Shown here piece after piece: positions 13,015 through 25,787 of a DNA stretch of 64,000 bases. Numbering within the stretch: the stretch's first letter is position 1; each line of letters begins with the position of its first letter. The translations under genes and the position numbers were made by a program. The notes beneath the pieces are model-generated. The model was given only the letters and a program-made list of their open reading frames with translations. It made no database searches and was not told the DNA's origin. Source of the stretch: Diadema antillarum (Eukaryota); assembly GCF_040938485.1 (NCBI RefSeq), contig NW_027271164.1, forward strand, positions 930,001 through 994,000, read 5' to 3'.

Positions 13015-15217
13015 CAATCTCGTTATTTTTATTATTATAATCATTACCCCATACAGTCTTTGGTAAGTGCATTTTCTTTAATCTACAATGTAATTATACA
13101 GCACTGAGATCACTGGACATTTGCTAGACCGCAGAAAACATTAATGTGCGATTAAACGCAAAAAAAAAAAAAAAAAAATACCGTACAATATACGGCAATG
13201 TTAAATGGAGAAGTTCCGAATCTCGGCACACTGTTCGCGATAACGAATCACCCAATCTCGACTTACCTGCTCTGAACTGAGATAAATGGTAAAAATTCGA
13301 CCTATCATTCATCATAATAAATCAAGAACGAGACACGTGGAACTGCCTTTCTCTTAACCCCTTTCGTAATCTGACCACTGCAATGAACTCGAGACGTCGT
13401 GATAAAAAGAAGTCTGCGGGAATGAATGACTGATGGATCGAGGTGCGAGGATGGATTCGGGTTACTGCCGAGATCACACAAGCGAAACATTATGTAGCCC
13501 AATGGGACCGCTTGGATCTCATCTACCGTAATTCATGGCAGTCCTCCATGACTTTCACGGTTTGGGGGGAAAATATATACCTATACATTTTGTATATAAC
13601 TTACCAGCTGATGTCGCAGACTTGAAATCCAGCAATCCTATCTGCAATCATTTTTCTTTAAAAGCTCGCCAACGTAATTACCAGACACATATTCAAACTC
13701 GGGTCTTTGGATTTGATGAGAGTCATTCATTTTGGGTCAGTGTGGTCAGTCTTCACTTCAAACGGACATTATCATGCTTGTCGCAATCGCTTTATATCTG
13801 TGGGAAGCTGAATGGACTTTTGATACAAACAAACGGACATCTTAGGGAAGATGTCACTACAAACAAACAAACAAACAAACAAACAAACAGACAGACAAAC
13901 AAAATGATTTAATATCTATATTGGGTTGTATGTAACTGACACACAAAATACATAACCATGTTGTAATAATTATCACTTTCCAAACTGTACCAAAAGACCT
14001 CCCCTTCTCTTCTGACATACAAAGGTACTGGACCAAAATTACTCTATCGATGTTTAAGTAAATTGGTGTATTAGTATTTTTGAAGGACATTTAAGGTCAT
14101 TTGAACGTACAACTACCTATCAAAATTCACAATTATGTGAAGTTCAAATGTGAACGCTAAGTGTTGTTATTTTATCACACCGATGTAGAAGCAAGTTGAT
14201 GTATGAGTATTTTTGAAGGACATTAAAGTTCATTTGAGCCTACAACTACCAATCAAAATTCATGTGCAAAAATCAATTGGGAAAGCTAAGCGTTGTTATT
14301 CTGTGTACAAGAATAAGAGAGACAAACACAGTAGGCAGCCAAACCAAAAATCTATAATTCGTTCTACTTTTACAACCACAGATGGGTCTAGGCAAAATTC
14401 ACTCTGTAAAAGATATAACTTTTTGCTGTCTAAATGTCAAGCAAAGATATACCCTAATCTCCCTCCTGCTGAGTAGTTTTGGTTATTCATGAAATTTTCT
14501 TTTCGCCAGCCTTATCTTAATCATATACAACCGCTTTAGGATGCCACAGATTTCAAGCTCAGCGGAATAAGTTTGCGGATGAAACCATGGAAATTAGCAA
14601 AGCGATCATACATGATGTGCGACTTTAATTCTCGCAATTCGTATCAGCGCGGTTGCGGATATTTGCTGGGGTATTATTTGTCAGTTGATATTCAGAATTT
14701 ATCAGAGCGTGTAACCAGTCCACTAACTGTGTGGTATTGAGTTTCTATGAATTGGACTCTTTCTCAGAGAGTTCATGGACTATAGGACTTATATATATTC
14801 CGATACGTGGTCAACAATACTTTAAAGGATTGACCAAGACTTACCAAGAATTACATCTTTTACATATTAGCCACGGCTTGCTTATTTCGTCGATCACAAC
14901 ACTTGATATAACCTAATGATAAAGAAAAGTTAATCATATAATTTGTTCTTCTTTTTGCAATTGTGAATAAAAGCGGAAAAGAAAGCTACGGATAAAAAAA
15001 TCTCGTGTCATTCTTCTATCTTGACAAATCTTTCCTCTTTGTTGTGCACACATGATTCTCTTAATGATTCTTTACTCCAATTTCATTCACTGCCACAAAA
15101 ACCACATTCACAAAGACAAACAACATTTTATACATTTTATAAACTAACAACATTATATGGAGGTATACGAGCTCTTGCATTATGATTCAATTGATCTGAT
15201 CGAAATCTATTTTCAAC

Positions 15218-15250
15218 GCACACACGCACATGCACACGCACACGCACACA

Positions 15251-15300
<50 letters not shown>
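15218..15300. repeat. (CA)n-type microsatellite
   Basis: Imperfect CACA/CACG run seen directly. Similar GT/GA runs occur near 3929, 16360, 27989, 31510, 31727 and 33493. Confidence 0.95.
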
Positions 15301-15301
<1 letters not shown>

Positions 15302-15920
15302 CAACCCGCCTTGCATGCTTTCAGCCCTCAGGTTTCAGATTCTATTCACACTTGAATAAATCTGTCATATGGCCTTCATGAAATTGCCATTTTCTTTTAT
15401 ACAAGACATCTTGATAGTGATGTGGAAGTGATGAAAAAAAGAAGAAAACAAATGAAAAACAACAAAATAACAATTAATTGCTCTCAACAAACCCTCAAAT
15501 ACAACTAAAAAAGGCTACAGAAAAAAAAAGCACTCTTCATAAAAAAAAAAAAAATCCGTCATCGGCTTGTATCATGATATTCCTACTTTGACAAATGCAT
15601 TCCAACTGTTTTATTTTCTTCTTCTTTACACTCCCTAAAATACTTCATTACATCATTAACATTTGGTATCTCCCCTTCTCATCTTGCTGAAGATAACACG
15701 TATCTTTTTATAATCAATATCATTGTGTTCCATCCTTTATCTTTTAACGAATTCCACGGTATATTTCTACAACCAACTTCCAAACACGTATTTCCTAATT
15801 CCTCTTATCGAAATTCAATTTCTGAATAATGATTTGCCACAATTCCTGCATTTTGATATAATCCCCCAACAATGCTAGTAATATATCTCCTATATATACA
15901 TATATTTCATACAATATATT

Positions 15921-16068
15921 NNNNNNNNNNNNNNNNNNNNNNNNNNNNNNNNNNNNNNNNNNNNNNNNNNNNNNNNNNNNNNNNNNNNNNNNNNNNNNNN
16001 NNNNNNNNNNNNNNNNNNNNNNNNNNNNNNNNNNNNNNNNNNNNNNNNNNNNNNNNNNNNNNNNNNNN
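15921..16068. other. Assembly gap (148 N)
   Basis: Run of N bases. Confidence 1.
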
Positions 16069-19000
16069 CATGCAAATCTGGAACAATATGGAACAAGATA
16101 ATTATGAATAAACGTGTTTTCAGTGTATGAACATGAATGCATCGGTTTACAGATGCAGTCTTGTGGATTTTCTCTTTGTGTTTGCATAGTTTTGTTGGTA
16201 TATTTTATTGTGACGTCAAGGGATGCACGGAAAATTTCTTGTGCTTTGTTTTAAAAATTCAGGTGTGAACTTACGTCCTTCCGTCACACCAACAGGCGAG
16301 AACAAGGCTAATGTCCAACAGATAGAGGGAAAGAGAGAGAATGAGAGACAAAGGTAAACAAGAGAGAGAGAGAGAGAGAGAGAAAACTGCTCCCGGAATA
16401 CTCTCTGTTGCAAACTTGGTTACCTCGCCTTCATGTTTATACTTGTAGATTATTTTGTAGAGGATACGTTGCACGTCATCCAGGTTTAAGCGTTGATGTA
16501 GGAGATTAACCAGTTAACGACGAAAAGGATAAAACAGCAAGAGAGAGTATGACGTCAAATCAATATTGATAGTCTTAAACAAGCATTTTGTTTTTAATGA
16601 AATGTACAATCTGGTAAAGACGGGGAAAGAAAGGAAAGAGTTAACAGGTAAGAAAATTAAAAGACAGAAGAGAAATGTTTATCTTGGTGTAGTTAGACGT
16701 GTCGATACCATCACTGTCCCATCAAGAAGTTGATCTGTCCCCCTTTGATAGAGGTTTCCTGAGGGCGGCATCCTCTGAAACACTCCATCCACACACACAC
16801 ACGTCTGCTTTACAAGGCTATATCTCAGGGATACACTTTGACAGTCTGACTCTTGTCTGAGAAACATAAAATGACGCTCCAGCAAATTTACGACTTGATC
16901 GATCATAACCACTTTATTCCACCACAATTTGTAAATGATGAAATCAATATTGTCAACTCGGAATCTTCTCATTTCTAGTGACACTGGCATTTGAAATACT
17001 TACTAAAATCATACAAAAAAGTCGAGACGATGATTACATTAGACGAAGATATATCTTTCCTTTTTGTTCACGATTGGCAGATTTAATCGTAAATATAGGA
17101 TGATTGTAATGAAAACGCAGAAAAATTTCTGGTCTGTGACAAAACAAAGAGGAGGATCGGACATTTTCTGTCATTCACCTTCCACGCCCCGGCCAATAGA
17201 GTTATCTTTCCAGTCTTTAAACACTCTGTGAGAGCTTTTCTAGTATAAATTGGTGGCTGTAAGTGCTATTTGACGCCATATTCCTCAATACAGGATTTCT
17301 CAAACATTGTTTGATTCTCTGTCGCAAAACAGGACGTGGACTTGCCTACGAGAGCTCGTAAAAGATGAAAAACCACATAAATTCTGATTTGTTTTCCTTG
17401 TATAGCAATCGTGCAGTGACATAACAGTATTTAGGATGTTCGCCTCGTAAGACTCTTCAGAATGCAGTATTGTGTCGCAAGAGTGAAGGTACCAACGATG
17501 TTGTTTACGGCAATATGAATTCACGCGATCTTTTCTGCTAATAAGCCAAAATGGTAATGGCGTTAAAGTGGCTTCCCATTACCGTAACATCGCAGTGGTT
17601 AGATCTCGCTTCTGGATATCGTACTACATTGACAATTCATAAGGGAATATGTACATATTTACAGAGTGCAACATCTATGTCATATAGCACAACTTGTGAT
17701 TTTATCGTGTCTTACATCTAAACGGAAAGGCAAGACAAATATTAATCGAATACCATTACTGAGTCGTGCAATTTATCCATTTTCCAAGTAGACGATATGA
17801 AAATATCACTCTATTTCAACTCATGTCTAGAATTAAAATCCTCATGATACAAGTTTTCACCAACATCTCTTCAGTCGTGACGTCAGTAATGAATTAACCT
17901 GACGAATATAACACATAGGCAGTGGTCTCCTAGTGAATACATGACATTGTCATCTGTATGTACAAGTCTGAAAAGAGACCATCTTTGTTATTTTCCGAAC
18001 TATACTATCATCGTGATTATCAACATCATCATCATCATCATCATTATCATTATTATTATTATTGTTATCATTATCAATAATAATAATTGTATTCACTTAT
18101 GATTGCTAAAAACGAACTGACATATTATACAAAATTGAAATGGACTTTGAACTTTGGACTTTCTGAAGAAAACCAATGTAGCAGACAGATTCGTTGATAA
18201 GAAGATAAAATCAGTAAAGATGAGCTTGCTAAAAGAAGTCAAACAGTTTCCTTATTAAATCAGCTATATAGTAACGTGAATTTTGAATCTTGACAACTTC
18301 ATTAAACATGTAACTGATTACACAACTCATCCGAAACGCTCTTACTTCTGGGCCATTATCAAAGTCAGGTGATTTACGTGTAGAGCATGTAGAGGGTGCC
18401 GTATAAGGGCCTCTGTTGTCTAGAAGCATGCAGTTCCTTTCAAGCCACGTGAGCCAGGCAAGAGATTTAGATTAGAAGTGAATCATAAGGAGGACTGCAT
18501 TATGTTCTATTTAAAAATTGCGTCATTTTTTTCATTTATACTGTGAAAGGCCATTCACTACGAGATGGGCAAATCATCAGAAGTTAATATCATTATTTTG
18601 GAGGAACTCTGAAAATTGATATGACGTTTTATGTTTGATATTGTGTTTTATGCTGATTCTCCTGCGCGACATTTCTTGTTATGGATTTTCCTCACCTGGT
18701 CACGGTATGTTTCAAATCATAGATGAGGATGATACCTAAGATATAGTTCTCAGTATTCTGCACTGATGATAATTATTTCTTTTCCACAAAAAGCAAATAA
18801 AAATAGATAATTGTTGATACTGAAAGGATTGACATTCATTATGTAATATTCATGCTTCATGATGAAAATTACAACTACGTATCAGACTGCAACTGAATAT
18901 ATTCCGTATTTTAACCCTAAAATCATTCAGTCAGAGCTTCAAGCGAAAGAAGATAAGGATGATAAAACTTTTTTATTCAGTCTGATTCTGACACTTCGTC

Positions 19001-20745
19001 CATCCCAAGATTGATGACTGCTATGGAATCAATTATACCTGCACATGGATATCACCGCCCAATATTTATATCCACTAACAGGTTGTTCATCGCTGATTGT
19101 GTTTAACCCGAGAACTCTGATCTAACACTGGTTCAAGACTTGCGATCCCTTTCACTGAGTTATTTATTATCTGGATATTATCTATACCAACACGTACCCT
19201 TATAACAGTGTTTGCCAGCAAACAACTTTAGTAATGGTTTCGACTTGCACAAGACATAACGATTTATTAAAAGCACAGTGCATTCTGCATGCTTTAAAGA
19301 GTTTTTGCATTCATCCATTAATATTCGGCGTGTTCACATGCAGACATAATACCAGTTAACACATTAGAATAAAGTTGTGGGAAGTTTGTTTGACGAACAC
19401 GTCTCAAACGAAAATGGAAACATTATCTGATATGCCCCTTTCATTCACGTGTTCGTCAGAGGCTACGATAAGATTAATAAGACGAGTAGAAGGGATTATT
19501 TTAAGATTGACTGTATGAATAGTAAACGTTCTGCAGTACTCAGTATACTGACAATTCTTCTGTCACATACATCTCTTCAGTATGACGCAGAGAATCTTAT
19601 CAAGTGACACAAACGACGCTGTTATCTGATATGAACTTACAAATCGGAAAATGCTTATCTTATCCTATATTGTCATGACGCCTATATTGTCATGACATTA
19701 ATTATGTAATGTAATGTAATTAATATTGGTAGAATAAACTGGAATTGAAATTTCACCTAAAGGGCTTTATGCAAAGAAAATGAAGACACAAAATAGGTAT
19801 TTTAACACCATGTTTTCAAACAATACACGAATTGCTCTATAAAGACAACAATATGTCAACACTGCATGGAAGTGTTCACTGGTCGACAGGATTCCAGTCA
19901 ATGTGTACTGTTTCCATAAATCACGTGACAGATTTCTCGTAGAATATTATCTCCATTTCTAAACACAGACAAAACTTTAACCCGATATTTCGTCAAATCA
20001 AATCTTAATCAATGCACGTAGAATGATAATTGCCGACCATTATTTCGTCAGCTAAACATGGCCACATTTGTTTTCTTCTGAACTGTAGATTGTGTACTGG
20101 CGGGATTGGCGCGATGATGATTCTATAATGCATTGCTAAGCAAAATACCTACACATAACTGAACGTAATTTGAATGCAAGAAAGGGAAATCAGTGTCCTG
20201 TTTATCAATTTTCATATACTTGGTGATAACCTGTGCTAGAATTAATCGAGGCTTATCCATTTCAGTCGTATTAGTGCTAACACACAATTTCATCTTGGAT
20301 CATAAGAATGTAGTATGCCTCATTATTTCATACCAAACCTCGTTGCAGACAATTAGACAGTGTTGGTAAAAAATAGAGGTCAAATACCAAATTTAAATAA
20401 CTTTTTGTTTAAGTGTAGTAGGTATCAATTAGCCAATTTCTAACATTCGAGATCAATCAAAATGTCAGATTAGTGCAAATCTCATTCTGGTACTGATGGC
20501 CTTGTTCACATCTGAGGGATTCTTCGGCATTATCGCAAAATTTAAAGCCTTGGAAGTTGTAAATTAAGACACTGGTTTCGCACAATATTGTAAGCGAGGA
20601 GGATGAACTAATTAGCTAATTGTCTCCATACCATTTGTATATATACATCTAACGTAAATGTTGAAGCAGCTAACACTCTGCATTGAGTCAGCCTCTAGCA
20701 ATCTTACCCGTTTCTCTCAACCATTCACTGTCTCCTCAAACTCAG

Positions 20746-21882
20746 TTATAATTCCGTGCATCTCGTGTTGCGAGAACCAGACCGGCTGTCCACCGGCTGT
20801 TTCATCTTCTCTCCAGGAATCCCGTTCGGCATCGTGCGGGTGTAGGCAACGCTGATTGGTGGTTGCTCATGCTTCCGACATCGAATAAAGAACATCAGCG
20901 CCTTTCTGTGGCTCGTGCTCATCACGAAGATGATCCAGGGATTGATGCACGAGTTGGCAAGTGACGAGAAGTAGTATATATATCGAAAAGCGTGAAAGCC
21001 TGGCATCTGGCTGATTGATTCAGGGTGGAGCTGGAACCAGACGATGAAGACGTAGTACGGCAGCCATAGAGTACCGAAAAAGAGCGCCAGTAGAAGGACG
21101 GTAAGAGCGAGTCGTCTGCGAGCGGAAAAATGGCGCGCTCCTGGCTGGGTCTCGCCCGCAAACGCTCCTGCACTTTTGAACAGAGTATGAGCGATGATGG
21201 TATAGAGGCATGCTATGATCACAAGTGGCACAATGTACATTAACAAAGCTTTGAGAATTTCGTATATTTGTGCTTCGATACTGAACAGTCTGGTGTAGAA
21301 ACATTGCGGAGAGCTGTCGTCACCCTTGACATGGGCGTAGGCGAGAACCGGCGTAGCGACCACGCAAGAGACGAACCACACTGTGCAGGCTGCAAGGACT
21401 CCACGTCGCGTACGACCTCCGTGACGGATTGTGCCACCACGGACAAGCACGGAATACCGTTCAATGCTCAGCGCTGTTAATGAGTAGACGCAAATACCTT
21501 GTCCCACACCCTGTGTGAAGTTGACCAACTTGCAAGCGACATGTCCGTACTGCCAGCAGGGACTCAGCTCGTGTTCCAAGAAGAATGGTCCCGATGCCGC
21601 CACATAGAGCAGGTCTCCCAGTGCCAGGTTAGTGAGGAGAATGTTCGCCGAGGTGCGTAACCGAGGATTGCTCAAAATCACCATCATCAGGAAACTGTTG
21701 CCAAGGAAACCAATGAAGAAGAATATGCCCAAAATTATGGCATTTCTAGCAAAACCGTGGTCCACCTTCTGACAGCTGGGGGGAATGATAATCGAGGAGC
21801 TGTACTCCTCGTAGAAATCGGACGAAGAATTCGCCTGTTCGCTGAGTCCTAGAACTGGCATCATCATAGACGTTAGCTCCAT
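20746..21882 (-). CDS. Intronless rhodopsin-family GPCR, bombesin/GRP/CCHamide-receptor-like (378 aa)
   Basis: Seven hydrophobic segments with GFLGN (TM1), NLALGDLL (TM2), W..G...CK, SLTALSIERY (TM3), WLPYY (TM6) and NSCINP (TM7). TM2-TM3 resembles GRPR/BRS3. N-terminal NSS sequon. Confidence 0.9.
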   Translation of the reverse strand: MELTSMMMPVLGLSEQANSSSDFYEEYSSSIIIPPSCQKVDHGFARNAIILGIFFFIGFLGNSFLMMVILSNPRLRTSANILLTNLALGDLLYVAASGPFFLEHELSPCWQYGHVACKLVNFTQGVGQGICVYSLTALSIERYSVLVRGGTIRHGGRTRRGVLAACTVWFVSCVVATPVLAYAHVKGDDSSPQCFYTRLFSIEAQIYEILKALLMYIVPLVIIACLYTIIAHTLFKSAGAFAGETQPGARHFSARRRLALTVLLLALFFGTLWLPYYVFIVWFQLHPESISQMPGFHAFRYIYYFSSLANSCINPWIIFVMSTSHRKALMFFIRCRKHEQPPISVAYTRTMPNGIPGEKMKQPVDSRSGSRNTRCTEL

Positions 21883-23172
21883 CTTACCTTTTGTTCAGAA
21901 GAGCCACTCTTCAACCACTTCACCAATTAAAATACACCTTCTTCCAGTGCGTAGGGCGTTGATAACTTTGTTCATTTCAATTACCTTGACTCCATCACAC
22001 ACACTTCATATCAATGTCTGATCCTTCATGAATCTTTGTAAACACGGAGAAGCTGTAATTTACAGAGCATTGACGAGCATAACACACTCAGTATAAAGAG
22101 TTCTTTCACCCACAAACGCTGCCAACGTAAAAGTGCATGTAATTGCGTTTTCCTAACACGTAAGGATAAAAAATATCAAATTTTCGAATCGGTTGGTGAA
22201 ATATTTTGATTAAGGAGAGAAATGCGTCATACTTTTAAGTTAGTGTGCAACTATCACGTGTCGCTATGGCCGCAACTTCCATCCTCACCAAACGTGGTTC
22301 CACAACGTCGCGAAAGCCGGCTTTTCAAACTGCGCTCTCTGTGAAAATGGAGCTGTGGTGGCGAATATTTCTTTACCCCGCGCTGCGGGAGGGAAATGAA
22401 TACGAAGCCATGTAATGGCTTTCGATTGGCCGTACGTCACACGCCGACCAACTATTTTATCTACCGTAAATGAAGCCCCGCCCTTCTCACTGGCACACCA
22501 TCGAATGGCATGCGCGAACAATGATTGATTGCCCCAAACTGCGCATCGATTCCGCCTACAATGAATGCGATTGGTTGTCCTGGAGGAATATTTTCTCACT
22601 TCTAAACCTTTCAACAACCAAGTACATCTCATTCAAAGAGAAAAGATACGTAACGGCTAAAATGTTAGCATCATGGTTAAGGTGATGAGGGATAATTGGG
22701 AATAACAACACAAAGAATAATATTCCCAGGAAACATGTGATTTTCGTCAATGTGCAATCGTTCTGTCTTACTCTAATGCTATCATACCTAATACTGTACA
22801 GCTGTACAACTGTACAACTGTAGTCTCTGCATTACTACTTCCCCAATGAAGGAATGAATAGAAAAGTGAGATTGATAAACAAACGACCGAATAGGATGAA
22901 TAATTGAATGGAGAGAAAAATAAAAACTAAACTATCTGGCGTCAGTTTGTCAGTCGTGCGAAAAATGAAGACAAAGGAATAGCGACGGACAATTATTGAC
23001 GGCATTGACGAAGACAAAGACTGAGTCATGAGAATGAGTTTTTTAGTAGAGACAAACTGCAGAAAGATAATCTGCAATAGCGACGATGGAAAATCGAGGA
23101 GGCTGGACTACATTTAACATACGCCAATTTCTACTAATAAACAGTGATATCTGGGTAGAAGGTACAATAGCG

Positions 23173-23743
23173 TTAAAGGGACGCAGTCCTCACGAAATTT
23201 AAAAAAAATATGTTGTTGGTACCTCCAATGAACTACTTTCATCAAAAACAAACTTTCAAATCACCAAATAAGCTCGTACATTTCGGTTAAAAAAGTGTGA
23301 CTCTGCAAATGAGCAAGTCTTGGCGGAGAGTCATACGTCATCGATGCACAACTCTTTCCAGCGGTGTTCTGCTCGTCATCCCTAGTTATTTAAAAATACA
23401 TGTTTACTATTTATCTTTATATTAATTGTATATATAAATAAGCTTGAAATATTTTGTTTGAAATAATAAATCACATATTGTCACATTTTACGAAAAAATC
23501 AGATATGATCATTTTGAACACTTAAATTGGTTTTCTGAGGCACGGCTGTCAACTTGAGAGTAGGGCATCAATGACGTTGCACCTTTTGGCAGCCTCTTAC
23601 ACAATCGCTTGCAGGAATTATTTTTTAAAAATCGCGTACGGAGACCATTTTTGATGTCCACGCGTATAAATTGGTGAAAGGTTATATTTTTTACTCTTCT
23701 TAATTATCAGTACAGTGAAAATCTCAGGACTGCTTCTCTTTAA
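23173..23743. mobile_element. TTAA-flanked MITE (Kolobok-like)
   Basis: TTAAAGGGACGCAGTCCT at the start; reverse complement of the end is TTAAAGAGAAGCAGTCCT. Confidence 0.7.
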
Positions 23744-25787
23744 GGATGGAAATGGGTTTTTTGCATGGCAACTGCCATAAATGGGATATATTTCATCTTT
23801 TTTTTTTAATCTCTCTCTCCCCCGCTCCTTCTCTGACGCACAAATTGTCCCTGTCTCAGTCTTGATATTTGGCATTGCATGTATCCACTCACTTCGATAA
23901 ACATGTCAAGCGATTGTTCATATATTTGCCTCAAATATAGAGTTGAATTTCAGAATCTCGGAAAAAATCAGTGACTCTTTTTATGTAAAGAGAGATTTAT
24001 TTTCAAAATTTCATGTAAAGGTTTGTCCACAGCCACATTGCCAAACCAAACCAAACAACAACAACAAACAAACAATGACAAAACTAAACAGAAAAACACA
24101 TTAAGTTGCCAGGACAGAATGAGTGACGAAACTGCAGTGTAATCTCCGACATTAGTGGAATATTGAACTGTAAATGGCGCTTAGGTCGCCATGCTGTAAT
24201 TTCGCCTCTTCGTTGTTTGAAGCATTTTGTTTGCGTCGTCTCCGTTTACACCAAACATAGCTCCGCGGAAGCCCGGCTGTGAGAGACCCAGGCTGGGCTG
24301 GCTGTCCCGAGCGGAAGCCGCTGATATCAAGCTGTCACAGAACGGTCCATTACATTAATGCCCCTCTATCGACTGAATAAAACACTGCCCATCATAACAA
24401 CACGACCCCAGAGGGGTGACTGGGTGTAAACTCCCCACGAGTGGGGGGACACGGAGAGCGTCCTGTATCGCCGCGTAGGGATGACTTAGGGAGTGAGAGG
24501 TGAAGATGCGTGTGGGATTTCGAAAATAATCCACATCAGTGAGATAGAAATGTTCTCACAAGTTTTGACCTCTCAAATATAACTTTGATACCCTTTTTTT
24601 ATGCAGACATGCGGGTATCACTTAATCCCCGGTCATGTCAAAAGAGAATTTCCATCTCGGAGTTGGCAGAAAAAATAAACCCCACATAAACAAAAGCAAA
24701 ATAAAATGATTAATACTTGCTGGTTGTTAAGGGGCTGATTCTCTGCGATATGTACATCATTATGCAACAATAATCTATGTTAAAATGAAAGTTGTTTGAC
24801 ACTAAAGTTCTAATTTCCTGAAGGTGCTATAATGTGACCCTTTCATGCCGGGTCACGAAATGTTGGTAGTCGGACATTTTAAACATCCTAGGATATTAAA
24901 CATTGCTAGCAAACACATTTGTACTGCCTCTTCTGATCGTGGTCTGATTTTGTGTTATTATTCTTTTCTCTTCGATACCGATATGTCACATGTGTCGACT
25001 TTAAAATCGCAATTACAAAATCATGTGACTCTATCATTTCATCGACATTGAAAACGAAGACGGATGTCTTGCTGTCGAAAGGAAGTTATTTCTCAATGTC
25101 TTTCGCGTTGTCTCGTTGCTATGGTAAAAATGATGCTTCACCTTACTCTTTTTAGTTTGTAGCATAAAAGGCCCAATTTTCTTGTTTTGTTTTTGTTTTT
25201 CTTACTTTTGAGACGGATGATATTGTGTATTGATGCCTTGAGACTCAGTTAACTAAACACATTAATTGAAAACAGTAACACACTTTTATTTTTGTTAGTA
25301 ACTGTCATTCTGCAATGTTTTATGTCCTGTGTTTTAAAGGGCCCCGATGAAAACGAACTGCTGCTGACTTGGGCCATCCTCTTTAAAGATGTGAAATGAA
25401 TGAATGAATAAGTAAGTGAATAAATTAATAGATAAATAAATAAATGAATAAATAAATAAACAATTACACACGGAAATGTTGTGAAGATGTAAACGAAACC
25501 AACAGCTACCAAATGTCGAGCACAGAGTCTATCATCCCATGACGAAGTTTGTGTTTACCTATAGGTGTACGTGTAGGCACAATAACATGGGTCGTAGGCT
25601 AATTCCATTATCAGTAACCCGAAGTCAAAAAAGAAATTTACTGACGTCGGGTTCAAAGTCTCCAAGAATTGGGAAAATATCCAAGGGGTATATAGATATC
25701 ACATGTCAACTAGTTTAAGGGGAGGTGATACGACTGGATCAATACATCGTTCCAGCTACAGAAAACCCGAAAGGGGTGTCGCTGAAG

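Noticed and set aside
40-20600. Most short ORFs in the track (e.g. 447, 6717, 7058, 15795, 16679)
   Set aside because: They derive from microsatellites, homopolymers, the N gap or repeats, and show no recognisable motifs.
20658-21480. Overlapping ORFs on both strands within the GPCR, RPL4 exons and pol
   Set aside because: These are alternative-frame or antisense shadows of genuine coding sequence.
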